Below, piece by piece: positions 49,301 through 61,117 of a stretch of DNA of 64,000 nt. The notes below the pieces were generated by a model. The model saw only the letters and a list, made by a program, of their open reading frames with translations, did no database searches and was not told the origin of the DNA. This stretch comes from Podarcis muralis (taxonomy: Eukaryota). The translations under genes and the position numbers were made by a program. Positions within the stretch are counted from its first letter, which is position 1. Each line of letters opens with the position of its first letter. The stretch covers positions 1,302,001-1,366,000 of the forward strand of contig NC_135670.1 in assembly GCF_964188315.1 (NCBI RefSeq), given 5' to 3'.

Positions 49301-52300
49301 TTGGGCCACACAATGGCTTCCTCATAAATAGTGAGCACTTCTTCTTGAGGAGCCATGGGGTCTATGCTTCCAACTTTGACTCTGCAGAAAGACTGGTTTG
49401 GGAACGTGAGCCAATTCATAATATCAAATCCAGCCTCTATCTCACCATTTTCATTGAAAGATACTTTTCCTCCAGCGCTATTGTTAAATGAGATGCTTCT
49501 TACAAAGTGGTTGAGCTAAATTGGCAAGGAAAGAAATAGCAATTCATGAGGAAATCATGGGGGTTTCAATGAATCTATCTAACGAAAAGTTTGCCCTAAG
49601 AATGACTAAAGCTGGATTCTTCCAAATTCAAATTTACATTAAGATTTAGAAACAGAAAATTTGTCAACTAGACATGCATAGAATGATTCCTCCCCTCCGC
49701 CCATCAACAGATGGAAGAGACAGGAGCAGATTGATCCATGGTCTCTAAACCAACTCTTATGAGGAACGGTTGAAGGAGCTGGGCATGTCTAGCCTGGAAA
49801 AGAGACTGGGAGCAGATATGATAGCCATCTTCAAATATTTGAAGGACTGTCATATGGAATATGCAGCAAGCCTGTTTTCTCCTGCCAGATTGAGGGAGTT
49901 GCCCCAGATTGAGAGAGTTGGGGATGTTTAGCCTGGAAAAGAGAAGACTGATAGCCATCTTCAAGTATCTTAAGTGCTGTCTAATGGGAAATGGAGCAAG
50001 GTTGTTTTCTCCTTTTCTGGAGTATAGGACTTGAACCAATGACTTCAAGTTACATGAAAGGAGATTCCGACTAAACATCAGGAAGAACTTTCTGACAGCA
50101 AGGGTATTTGACTGTGGAGTGGTCACCCTTGGGAAGTTGTGGACTCTCCTTCTTTGGAGATTTTTAAGTAGAGGTTGGATGGGCATCTCTCATGGATGCC
50201 TTAACTGAGATTCCTGCATTGAAGGGGGTTGGACTATGTGACTCTTCAGGTCTCTACCAACTCTATAATTCTATGATTCTATGCTCTTATGTTCCTACAT
50301 TCTTAGTGTGCTCAGAACATTACCTTCCACAGCTGTTGACCCAGAATCTTCATTCTTCCCTCATCCACCAATGCTCTGTGCTTGAACCTGGATGAATGCA
50401 TGGCATGCAAAGCATGTGCCACAGCAAAGACAGCAGTGTAAACACTGTAGCTGTGGCCTGTCATGCTCATTTCAAAAACAGAGGCAGGCAGAGTCTCCAG
50501 CTTCTCCCTTCCAGTGCAGATTTTCCCATTGTCTTTGTCTATCATGGGATTGAGGAAAGAACATTCAAATGCGTCTCCCCAAAACTCTCTGATAAAGTCA
50601 TATTGGTTTCCTGAAGAAGGCTTTATCATCTGAAGAAATTTCTGGAATCCTATTACCTCCTTAGAGTGAACGGCAACGGAGATAGCACCATGAAGGAAAT
50701 CTATGTCCCAATTTCTTTGAAAGGAAACTGATGCGAAATCCATCTGGGATGTCATAATCCAGATTTTACCTTTGTCATTTGTTGATCTCCCCCAGTCAGT
50801 GTAGACAGGCAGCATTCTCAAACCTACCATGGTATCGATTTCACCATGAATCATCATTGCATTAACAGTGCTATTCCGGATAACGTTGCATGTTTTTATT
50901 GCCTCATCAAGTTTCTTCTCCAAGTCATTGGAGTAAGTCATTGGAGGCAATGATAAAATGAAGTCAAAGCAGATGTCTCTCTGAGCAAACATGGGAACCA
51001 CTGTATGTACGAATTTCTCTCCGTTGTCATCATGTGCAGATAACACCCCAATCCATGTCCACCTGAAATGAAGCAGTAACTGAAGAATGCCTTTATACTG
51101 ATGATCCACATCTGGAAACATCTGGTGGTAGAGGACAGTCTGACTTTTCTTATTTATCACTGGAGCAGTGCCATAGATGAACTAAAGAAAATGGGGGGTG
51201 GGATCAAGGTAGGAACAGTTATATAGAGAAGACCTGAGCAGCCCTGTTCAACAATTACACCAGAGGAAACATATATGGCAGCTTCTCCAGAATGGAAGAC
51301 AGAATAGATGCCCTCATGGAACAGCACAGTGGAGTAGTCAATCAGTTTCACAGGCACATCTCTTTTTATGCTTTACTATCCATAATTACATCCATACTTC
51401 AAAGACATATCTTCATTATTATCTGTAAATAAAACTTATCAGAACAAAAATTTCAACAAAAGAATATAAGTATTCCTATTATTAATTTAGTACATAAATT
51501 TGACTTCCCGTCCTTTTCAAAATCTTTTCATTCTAATAAACCTATTGCCCAAACTTATCAACATATTAGTAATGAAATAATAATGCACATCTGTATATGT
51601 ACATCTGTTTTAACCCCTTTAACCTTAGTTATTTACAGAGATTACTCAAAAGTTGCAACCAAATTCAGATCGCAACAATTATTTTTTAAATATCTCTTTA
51701 AAGGTTCCCAGTTATCAATGAGGGAGAACCTTTAAAAGATGTTATACCGTTGGTAATTAAGCCCTTTCAAATTCACAGGCATATCTCACATGATGTCAGT
51801 GCAATTCAGGGGTAGATGGGATGCTGCTCAGTAGGTGTTTTGGACTTCAGTTCCCATAAGTCCCAGTCAACATGGCCAATGGACAGAGACTGTGACAATT
51901 GTAGTCCACAATTTTTGGAGGGTAAACATTTTGGCTGTGCCTGATCTAAGGAATGTGTTCATTTTAAGGAAACACAGCCTTCTGAAATTAAAAATAACAG
52001 ATCTTAGTTAACTTAAACGTTTCTTTCTTTCTTTCTTTCTAAAAAAAGTTATTCAAAAGTTACAATACAGTTACAATACAATGCATTTCCAAGGAATATA
52101 GAAGCTCCAAAGATACCTCTGTGATGATGGTGATATTAAAATATCCTGTTCTTCTTCAACAAAAGAGAAAAAGGGAGACCAGATTGTGTTAAAGGTATCT
52201 TTTTGGGGGATGCCTTTGATTAGTTGCTGATGGTATGTTAAGTGTTTCTGACTACCTAAATTGTATAGAAATTTATTCATTTATGTGACTACAGCAGCAA

Positions 52301-54644
52301 GAATGTTACCTGCTCAAAAATGGAAAGAAGAAGCCCCAGCAAAGGAAAAATGGATACAAAAACTTATGGAATATGCAGAAATGGTGAAACTTACCGGAAG
52401 AATAGGAAGTTAATTTGGATATGCAGAAGATATTAAAAATAAATTTAAGGAACTGCAGAAAGAGGGGGAAGGAAGTTGAGTTTCAAAATATTAAAATGAC
52501 TGTAAAATCAGTGAAATGTATATATCTGAAAAGTATATTTTAAAAATATATGTTTCTGATATATAGGATGATATCCAGCATTAGTCATACACAAAGGTGA
52601 TCCTTTGTCCAACTTAACTGGGTATCACCCATAACCTACATGTTTTTCATAAGTGGAAGACATCACATTGGCTAATCCTATAGCAGGTCTTATAGCAAGG
52701 TGGACAGAAAGTACATCGGGATCTAATGGCAGATCTTGCAGATAAGACTCGATACTGGTACGCTAGCGCAACCATACGCATGGCCACAAGTGCATCAACA
52801 TGTCTCCGCAAAGCACTATAACACACACACACACCAACAACCCTCCAAATGCCCCCAACCACTGTATTCTCTCAATAGAGGCTCACATTTTAAATACATT
52901 TAAAGGGACAACCTGTCAAATCTTCCACTGTTAAATATGGTATTTTGGAAGCAATTCCTATCTTCAATGTACAAATCAATATCTGAAACCAAGGCATTTG
53001 GCTAATGTTCTCTTAAACTCTCTAGCTCTGCACACATGTATTACCTGTGGAATCTTGTAGATGCACAGGATGTCAGCCATGTGGAGACAAACGTCAGAGG
53101 TGGGCCCCCCAATGACAGCTACTGGATTCTTGATATTATCACATTTGTAGTTGGGGATGAACCTGCCCTGGGTGGAGAAGAGCTCCATTGAGGCCTGATA
53201 GGTCCATCTTGGACTGAAATAGCTGTTATAGATATGGACGCCCAGGGTGAGATTAGGCAAAATCTTAGGATTTTCGTTAAGCTCCTTTACAGCAAATATT
53301 GAGGCTAGAATATGCTGGTAGATCTGAATCATTGACCTGTAATCAGAAATATAAAGAAATGCTGTCATGCAGAGGGGGATATTTGTCATATTTGTTTACA
53401 AGAGCACTACCAGTTTCTGCTTTGAAAGTTAGCAGTTAAGAGAAGGCTCTCTAAAAGAAATTCTCTTCATTCCAGTTTCTCTTTGGATTGTAACATTTCT
53501 CCCCAAATTCTGGAGAGTCGAATTACTTTTTGTTCTTTCTAAAATGGGACCGATATATCTAGAATTTAACATTCTCCCCCTTTTGAACAAAAATATTATT
53601 ATTTTGGGATTTTGCACACATTTGCAAACATTTCAGACATAGGGAAATTGGAGGGGTGGGGGTAGGAGGTGAGTAGAATGTGAATAGAATGGATGCTAAT
53701 AGTATGTGTGATGGATACACACAGGGAAAAATAGAAGTTATAGTTAAATGGCAAAGAAATGAAAATATACAGTCTGTGACAAGGCAGTTAGAGCTCAGAT
53801 GCAGGCACAGTTGATAACACAAAAATCAGAGTACTTTTACTCCTCTTTAAGCATTGCTATCCCATAAATAAGTTCTGTGGATAGGCTTTTTTACTAAATG
53901 GGTAGAAATTAAGGTGGCTCACAAGGGTGGTCGCTACTTCATTTATTTTATGGCATTTTGTGCAATTGGCTATCAGTGACCATTTCCAGCTGCAAAAATT
54001 AACCATCTGGGGTAACCTAATATTCTTCCCCCAAAGCCAATGAGCACTGAAATGAAATATTTTATAACAGTCCCCCACCCCACCCCGCCAAGGGCCACTC
54101 GCTGATCTAACACCTAGATGAGTAGGGCTGGAGCAGGACCAACATTTGCTAGCTCTTTTTAATTAGAAAATTCTTCCAGAAGGAGGCTTGTGATACTGGA
54201 TCCTTGTCTGGAATTATTTAAATAAAAATGGGAACACGATGGAGATGATGTGGTATTTAGTTAGGGAAGGTGTGCCATTCATTAAAGAAAGGAAAGATGG
54301 ATTGGCTGTGAACTCCACCCATCCACTGGACTTAATAAGGACAGACTTGTCATGGAAAAAACATTGAAGGAAACTTACAGGACGCCATCAAAGAGGTCAT
54401 TAGAGGGACGTTCTCTGAAACTTATAGAGTTGGAGAATCTGTATATATGAGACATAATACCAGCAATAATGAGGTCTCCTGATTGGTAATGCTTGTGAAG
54501 AATAGAAAGAGGCTCACTGACATCACATTTAATGCTGGGAACCTTAGACACCACTTGAGGCAAAAACACCAGCACCAACATTACAAATGCCACTATCCTG
54601 CATAAAACAACCCCTTCTGCATTCCAATACACTTGCCAATACAT
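46384..54644 (-). CDS. V2R-5, vomeronasal type-2 receptor, open frame; exons 54644(ATG uncertain)-54379, 53336-53045, 51181-50324, 49515-49288, 48516-48390, 47285-46384
   Basis: Exon sizes 292/858/228/127/902, phases compatible, no stops. The ancestral ATG position (54596) reads ATA. In-frame ATGs lie at 54644 and 54581. Confidence 0.9.
48004..48252 (+). mobile_element. L2 3' end with (ATC)n(ATT)n tail
   Basis: Same 3' sequence as the 9205-9804 copy (gcagagggccttctcg..ggaatgccctccc..agacacctgaaggc). Confidence 0.8.
49747..50283 (+). mobile_element. CR1 LINE 3' end with internal tandem duplication
   Basis: gaggaacggttgaaggagctgggcatgtctagcctggaaaag..aacatcaggaagaactttctgac..ggttggatgggcatct and an (ATTCTATG)n tail. 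Confidence 0.88.
52090..52560 (+). mobile_element. Decayed L1-clade LINE 3' fragment
   Basis: Translation [41 protein letters not shown], typical of the reptile L1 ORF2 C-terminus. Confidence 0.65.
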
Positions 54645-56039
54645 TATCCTTCTCTGATTCCAATGTTGAATAGCACATCCTTATATAAGTGGCGGCCCGG
54701 TTTATCTAAGTTTCAAACTGTGTCTCAGTGATCAGACTGACTGAGTGGCGATATCTCTAGCTCCAACTTGGAGTGATGCAGGGGATATTATAAATATCCT
54801 TTAGTCTTGTTGCTTTGCTGAAGAAGATAATAATCACCAGTCATAAAATTACAGGGTAGATAATAATCTCTTGCTGTTTCTATGAGACGTTGCTGAAGAA
54901 AATATGCTTATCACACCTCAGCAAAATTTGCTCCCAGTCCTCCTCCTTACAGTGCAATGACTGACATCAAGAAAAGATTCTCAAGATAACGAGACATCTG
55001 TATCTGTATGTGCATGTTGCAAATTGAGCCAATTTGTCTGTTCTAGTTCAGTCTTGTCGGTGCTGAAATCACAGGCTCATTACTTCAGGATAGAAGATTG
55101 TCCAAACTCTGCAAAGAGCTGTGTGAAGTTTAATACCAAAAAACAAACAAACACAAAAACAAAACAGTGTTCATGCCAGTAATATCTTTGGTGGGGATTT
55201 CCACAACCTAGACAGCACCACAGAGAAGGTCACATCCTATTTCACCTCAGAACGAGCTTCTCCAGACATTGGGAAAAACAAAAAAGGCTTCTTCCAGTCT
55301 TAACTAATTGGCATGTCCATAAAGGGAGTTAAACTTGATATATAGATATCAAAACGATTACAGCTTTACATGCTACAACCAGTCCTTGGAATGATGGGTA
55401 CACATACCCCTAAACATTTTTTGAATCTAAGCTTGGCCTCATTGTTTGGCGGTATTTCAATATGTGTAGAAAAATGAGAGTACCCTAAACATTTTTTTTA
55501 AAGAAGAAAAAAAGCACTGGATGTTGCTAATGTATATGCAATCAGTGCATAGACAGGAGCTCGTCCTACACTCGAGTAGGACCCAACTGGCATGTTCTCT
55601 CCCTCTTGGTCGATTGTTCGGGAGTTTCAAAAGCTTTCTTCAGTGCAAACATCACAGCGACCGATGCCAACAGACATCAGTACACTTAGGGATCTGCAGA
55701 GTCTTCCCAGTTCACATAGCAGACCTCTGCAACTCAGCATTTTGGCTAATCTACTTTATTTACATATAAACACACACGGAGCACTGCAACATGGCTCCCT
55801 CTCTCTCTAGCATCAAACAGCAAAGAGAAAGAACAAAGGACAATAGTCCCACTTGACGGAACACAGGAACACAAACACCCTGTCTCCGTCACTTCCCACT
55901 CGGTGGAGTCAAAACATACACCTTCATGTGATTGACAACAATCCCATGACTGCAATCACAGAGCAGGAATTCTAACACCTCACCAAACATAAGATGCTAG
56001 CAGACACATTTGACAGTAGCTGCAACTTCCAGTTTGTCT

Positions 56040-56180
56040 TCAAGGCAGCCTCAAAAAGAGGGTGCTATGGAAATTTAATAGGGAGGTTACCAGAGCATGG
56101 ATTGTTGTGGAAAGGCAATCATATAGATTACTGTGACAAAGTATCAGTATGATGAAATAAGCATGTGAGGCACTGAACAG
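56040..56180 (-). mobile_element. Highly decayed L2 fragment
   Basis: Translation DCLSTTIHALVTSLLNFHSTLFLRLP aligns to [22 protein letters not shown]. Confidence 0.5.
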
Positions 56181-57024
56181 GAAACATGTAGCTACAAAGA
56201 TGGGGATAATCAAGTCCGCAATAAAAGATGGAAACAAAGTATAAATTTAGAGGTCAGGAGAGATGAGAGTGATACTGTGGAAGGAGAATAAAATAAAATA
56301 TTTTTTAAAAAAATTGAAATTTGTGTGAGAAGGGCTGAGCAAGTGAAGGTTGGAATGTGAAGCTTGTGTTTGCAAGAGAACCAGGAAAGGGGGACAGAAC
56401 GATACATGCAAAGGAGCTGTTGCTTTAACTGTTGAGAAAGAAGGAGGAAGACAAAGATAAGAAAGTTGACGTGCCTCATGATTAAAGCAGTATAAGCTAG
56501 TAGAATGAAGTATTGACATACACAGACATAACTGATCCTTTGCTCTCATTTGCTTGTGCAGTTTTTATATTTGCTGCTCCACCCTCCAACTACTTGTGGG
56601 TTGAGGTTGTGTTGCACCGGCTTGCTGACATTTCCAGCCCAATCCGAATAACTTTATTGTACTAGCTATTGGCCATGACAAATCTGAATCAAAAATAAAT
56701 ACCAGCAAAAGGGGTGTCACGCCACAATAGTCTCTATTTAGATCTCTGTGTCTCCCTTACAGTTCAATGCTATATTGTCCAGGGTCTTCTTTCTGATCTT
56801 TTTGGCCACCAGAGCAAAACGGGCAACTTTGTGAGTCACTGAAGTGTTTGCATCGCTAAGAAGCCATGGCACCTTCTCTGCCAAGGAGAGACATCCTTCT
56901 TGTATGGATGGTAGGGTGGGAAATTGCCTCCTAGGTCCAATGTATAATGAGCCATATAGCAAATAGCACAAGGTGTATTCCACTTGTGGTTGCCCACATA
57001 TACAGAGTCTGTCTTCGTACAGTA

Positions 57025-57388
57025 AAAGGTAAAGGTAAAGGTACCCCTGCCCATACGGGCCAGTCTTGACAGACTCTAGGGTTGTGCGCCCATCTCACTC
57101 AAGAGGACGGGGGCCAGCGCTGTCCGGAGACACTTCCGGGTCACGTGGCCAGCGTGACAAGCTGCATCTGGCAAGCCAGCGCAGCACACGGAAACGCCGT
57201 TTACCTTCCCGCTATAAAGCGGTCCCTATTTATCTACTTGCACCCGGGGGTGCTTTCGAACTGCTAGGTTGGCATATGCTGGGACCGAACAACGGGAGCG
57301 CACCCCGCCGCGGGGATTCGAACCGCCGACCTTTCGATTGGCAAGCCCTAGGCACTGAGGCTTTTACCCACAGCGCCACCCGCGTCCC
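57025..57388 (-). mobile_element. Sauria SINE, young subfamily
   Basis: 13-bp TSD TCTTCGTACAGTA at 57012-57024 and 57392-57404. Confidence 0.92.
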
Positions 57389-57512
57389 TTTTCTTCGTAC
57401 AGTAGTACCCTGTTATATCGTCCATCTAGGACATTGGAGGGCGTAGCTTGAAAACAGAGCTTAGTAAAAGCAAATCTTAGTGAGTCTGGAGACTTGCTGA
57501 CATTTGGTGTCT

Positions 57513-58400
57513 GAATGAATGAATCTTTATTTGTGTCAGCCATCGGCCACAGCAATAAAAGACAATACAACAATACAGTTTAGGGTTTTTAATTAACAGT
57601 CAAATAGTGGATCTTATTCTGATTGCCCCAGCTAAAAACCTTGCAACCTTTGCTGTAACCTGCTCATCTTGATCTGCCAAGAGAAAGGATACTGTGGCAG
57701 TGGTTAGGCGACCCAGAAGGACAATAAAAGAGGGGTGATAACCTCATTTATCAAGTCTTTATCAAGCCAGAAGGGCATGCGCCACCGATTCAGTACTGCC
57801 ATCTCCACAGGGACATAAGTATTTTTCTTGTGGAATCTGTTGGAATCATCCCTCTAGTACAGCCGAGGGCAATACATTCAATCTTGCGAAGGCAAAAACA
57901 TGCCTATATTTTAGAATTGCTAGCTTACGCAGATATGGTGCCAGAGAGTCGAAATGGGAAGGTGGAAAATCGTCATACCATGGGCAAAATTACCTTATTG
58001 TGACCAAGTTGTCCTGACATTCGATATCATTTAGGTGCTGACAAATGAGACTGTTTGCTTTACTAAAACCCAAAGTGAGTAGCTGTTGTGGTGATAAACC
58101 ACAAGAGTGAAGTTTTTGGTAGACAATTTTAGTCCTGGCATTCTTGTGACAATCTTGCAGCACTAGGGATATTAGACAGGGTGAATTTCAGTTTAGGCGA
58201 AGCCAATAGTTAAGTGTCCTACGCCAGATCCGTAATTCTACCGAGGGAAGATTAGCCTCTAGGCGCAATGATACTTATGGGACACAAGGTGGTGTCTGGA
58301 TTCTATAGGTATTGGGCTTGAACCACAATATTCCCCCGACAATACTTTCATCATCTGATTACACCACAAAAGCATGAAAATTAATCCTAGTCTTTACACA
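57513..58400 (-). mobile_element. Decayed non-LTR retrotransposon 3' end (clade undetermined) with C-terminal Cys/His finger
   Basis: Minus translation PYLRKLAILKYRHVFAFARLNVLPSAVLEG*FQQIPQEKYLCPCGDGSTESVAHALLA*. It ends in AATAAAG(ATTC)n. The 5' limit is approximate. Confidence 0.6.
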
Positions 58401-58634
58401 GGTCGCTGAAGAAATAACACAAGGGGCTTACTGGATGCTTTGTGCGTTTTAGCAGAGTTAGGCTTTGTTCATATCTCGTCTTCATGAAGCGAGAGCATGG
58501 GGGAAAAGACAAGAGAAAAGTTGTGATCTTTGGGAATAATGGGACACAGCAATCTAAAATGTGACATCCAGGAATTATAGTTGGATGCTTCTCAGCTTTG
58601 AAATTCCCAGCCAAAAGACATTTACCTCAACATT

Positions 58635-60396
58635 TTATTTGGTTCTTAGTTCATTCAGGGCGTTAGAATTTACAAAAAAGCAGGAAAAGTTGTTGAACGG
58701 TATATGTTTGGATTTTGATTGCTCCTTTGCAATTCCACCTGCAAGTGGCAAAACATGGGGGAGCAGTGGTTGGTGTAACAACTCACCTTGGAGCAGAAAA
58801 TATTGGTTAAATGGCCCTGCCCAAAACCATTCAAATATCCATGGTGATGTTTTGCTTCACTGGCAACAGGATGGGTGATTAGCAGTGATTCAGAGGAAGG
58901 CAACTGTCTTCATTCTTCAGCCTGGTCTGGGACCTTTTTATACCAATGTTTCTGTAGGCAATGGGGGCTTTCCAGGAGTTTCTTTTCTGAAGGTCCACTG
59001 AAAGACTATCAGCTCTGGTTCTAGGGCACACCTTCCAACATTTTCTCTAATGAAAACAGGGACATCTTTCTCATTCATTCATTCATTCATTCATTTCTAC
59101 CCCACCCATCTGACTGGATTGCCCCAGCAACTATGGGTGGGTTCCTATATATATATATAAAAACATAATAAAACATTAAACTTTAACAAACATCCCTATA
59201 CAGGGCTGCCTTCAGATGTCTTCTAGAGGCTGTACAGTTACTTATCTCCTTGCCTCAGGAGTCACATAACTCCATACTCTCCAACATTTCTCTGATGAAA
59301 ATAGGGACATCTTATGGAAAAGCAGCACGTTCCAGGATCAAATCAGAAACTGGGACGGCTTCTGTAAATCCGGGACTGTTGCTGGAAAATAGGGACACTT
59401 GGAGGTTCCGCTAGGGACCCGTTCGAACCCCAAAGCAGCAGCATAACTCAGTGCCCCCTTCATCCCCAAACGACCACTGCATCCCATAGTCCCAACGATC
59501 CTCGCGATCCCTGCCGAAACAGTTGTCTAGGGGACAACACACAACGCCCCGTTCTTGGGATTCACAGGGTGGCCTCACTGAACAGCCCTCTCTGTTCCAG
59601 TCAACCTGCAGGTTCAGAGAGAAAGAGAAACAGCTAAACAACACAATGCAGTAGACTCTGGGGTGCAGCTCCTAAAAGAGTTTCTGAGCACCGGAGGCCA
59701 CCTAAACCCTGGATGTGGATTAAGCCCTGGCCAGGTCCAGTTTGATCTGAGAAGGGCAGATGGCTTAACTATACTGCTTGGTTCAAGTATTTGGGGAGTT
59801 TGCTTCTACTGACTGCTGGCTCACCCATCTGCATAGGCGACTTTGTTCCACATCTGAAGGTTGGCTTATACAGTGGTGCCTCGCAAGACGAAATTAATCC
59901 GTTCCGCGAGTCTCTTCGTCTTGCGGTTTTTTCGTCTTGCGAAGCACGGCTATTAGCGGCTTAGCGGCTTAGCGGCTATTAGCGGCTTAGCGGCTATTAA
60001 CGGCTTAGCGGCTTAGCGGCTATTAGTGGCTTAGCGGCTTAGCGGCTATTAACGGCTTAGCGGCTTAGCGGCTATTAACGGCTTAGTGGCTTTAAGAAAA
60101 AGGAAACAAACTCGCAAGACGTTTCGTCTTGCGAAGCAAGCCCATAGGGAAATTCGTCTTGCGGAATGACTCAAAAAACGGAAAACCCTTTCGTCTAGCG
60201 AGTTTTTCGTCTTGCGAGGCATTCGTCTTGCGGGGCACCACTGTAAACTGCTGAAAGTTCAGAATGTGTAATTGCTGTATTGGCATCATTTACTGTGCTT
60301 ACCTGGACCCCTCCTTTCCCACTCACATGTCATTGGTTCCAACTGCCTTGGGATGTAGAGTGGCAGGGTCATCTGTTCTGGGAGTTGTGGCAACAT
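58635..60396 (-). CDS. Candidate cytoplasmic exons of the SLAM-like gene: 60396 (or 60372/60342)-60303, 58997-58944, 58738-58635; alternative terminal exon 59605-59411
   Basis: Strong donor CCAG|gtaagc at 60303 and polypyrimidine acceptors at 59605, 58997 and 58738. Phases 0-1, 1-1, 1-stop are compatible with the TM exon, but there is no homology support. Confidence 0.35.
59072..59228 (-). mobile_element. L2 3' end
   Basis: (TCAT)n followed by ccccacccatctg..cagggctgccttcagatgtcttct, homologous to 9255-9390. Confidence 0.7.
59871..60243. mobile_element. Tc1/mariner-type MITE, family B, with central (TTAGCGGC)n array
   Basis: TIR CAGTGGTGCCTCGCAAGACG / CGTCTTGCGGGGCACCACTG, TA TSD, tandem array at about 59950-60090. 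Confidence 0.85.
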
Positions 60397-60427
60397 CTGG
60401 GCCCCCTATCCTTCACACAACATTATT

Positions 60428-60807
60428 GGACGTGGGTTGCACTGTGATCTAAACTACTGAGCCTCATGGGCTTGCTAGTCGGAAGGTTGACGGTTTGAAT
60501 CCCTACAATGGGGTAAGTTCCCATTGCTCTGTCCCAGCTCCTGCCAACCTAGCAGTTCGAAAGCACACCAGTGCAAGTAGATAAATAGGTACTGCTGTAC
60601 CAGGAAGGTAAACGGTGTTTCTGTGTGCTCTGGTTTCTGTCATGGTGTCCTGTTGTGCCAGAAGCAGATTAGTCCTGCTGGCCACATGACCCGGAAAGTT
60701 TGTGGACAAACACAGGCTCCCTTGGCCTGAAAGCGAGATGAGCACCACAACCCCATAGTCGCCTTTGACTGGACTTAACCGTCCAGGGGTCCTTTACCTT
60801 TTTTACC
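60428..60807 (+). mobile_element. Sauria SINE, older subfamily
   Basis: Decayed tRNA head, ccaacctagcagttcgaaagcac body and cctttacc tail. Confidence 0.8.
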
Positions 60808-61117
60808 TATTGGAGTGACAAGAACCTGACAAATTCCATATATTCCTTAATTGCTAGTAGGCTGCATAGATCCGTACAATTGTAGGGATAGATGAGGAGG
60901 AGTGCTGGAGATTGCCTGACCAAGTGGCCATAAGGCAAGTTCAGGAGAGGACAGTTTGGACCCAGGTTGGTGGTGGTGGGAGACAGGACACAGTCCAGAG
61001 GAGGAGGAGAGGTGAGGAAAAGTGGAAAGTGGGAGTCAGGAGGATGAGGAACAGGGCAAACAAACAGGTGCCCCAGCCCTGATCAAGGACAGGGCATATA
61101 GAGGTGGCACATCTCAC

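Noticed and set aside
6756-54644. Assignment as CaSR, T1R, mGluR or GPRC6A
   Set aside because: The tandem multi-copy array, six-exon 218/292/861/228/127/902 layout, very short C-tail and [18 protein letters not shown] motifs fit the expanded squamate V2Rs.
54650-58600. A sixth V2R or V2R relic upstream of V2R-5
   Set aside because: No V2R exon motifs were found; the region holds decayed LINE and SINE sequence.
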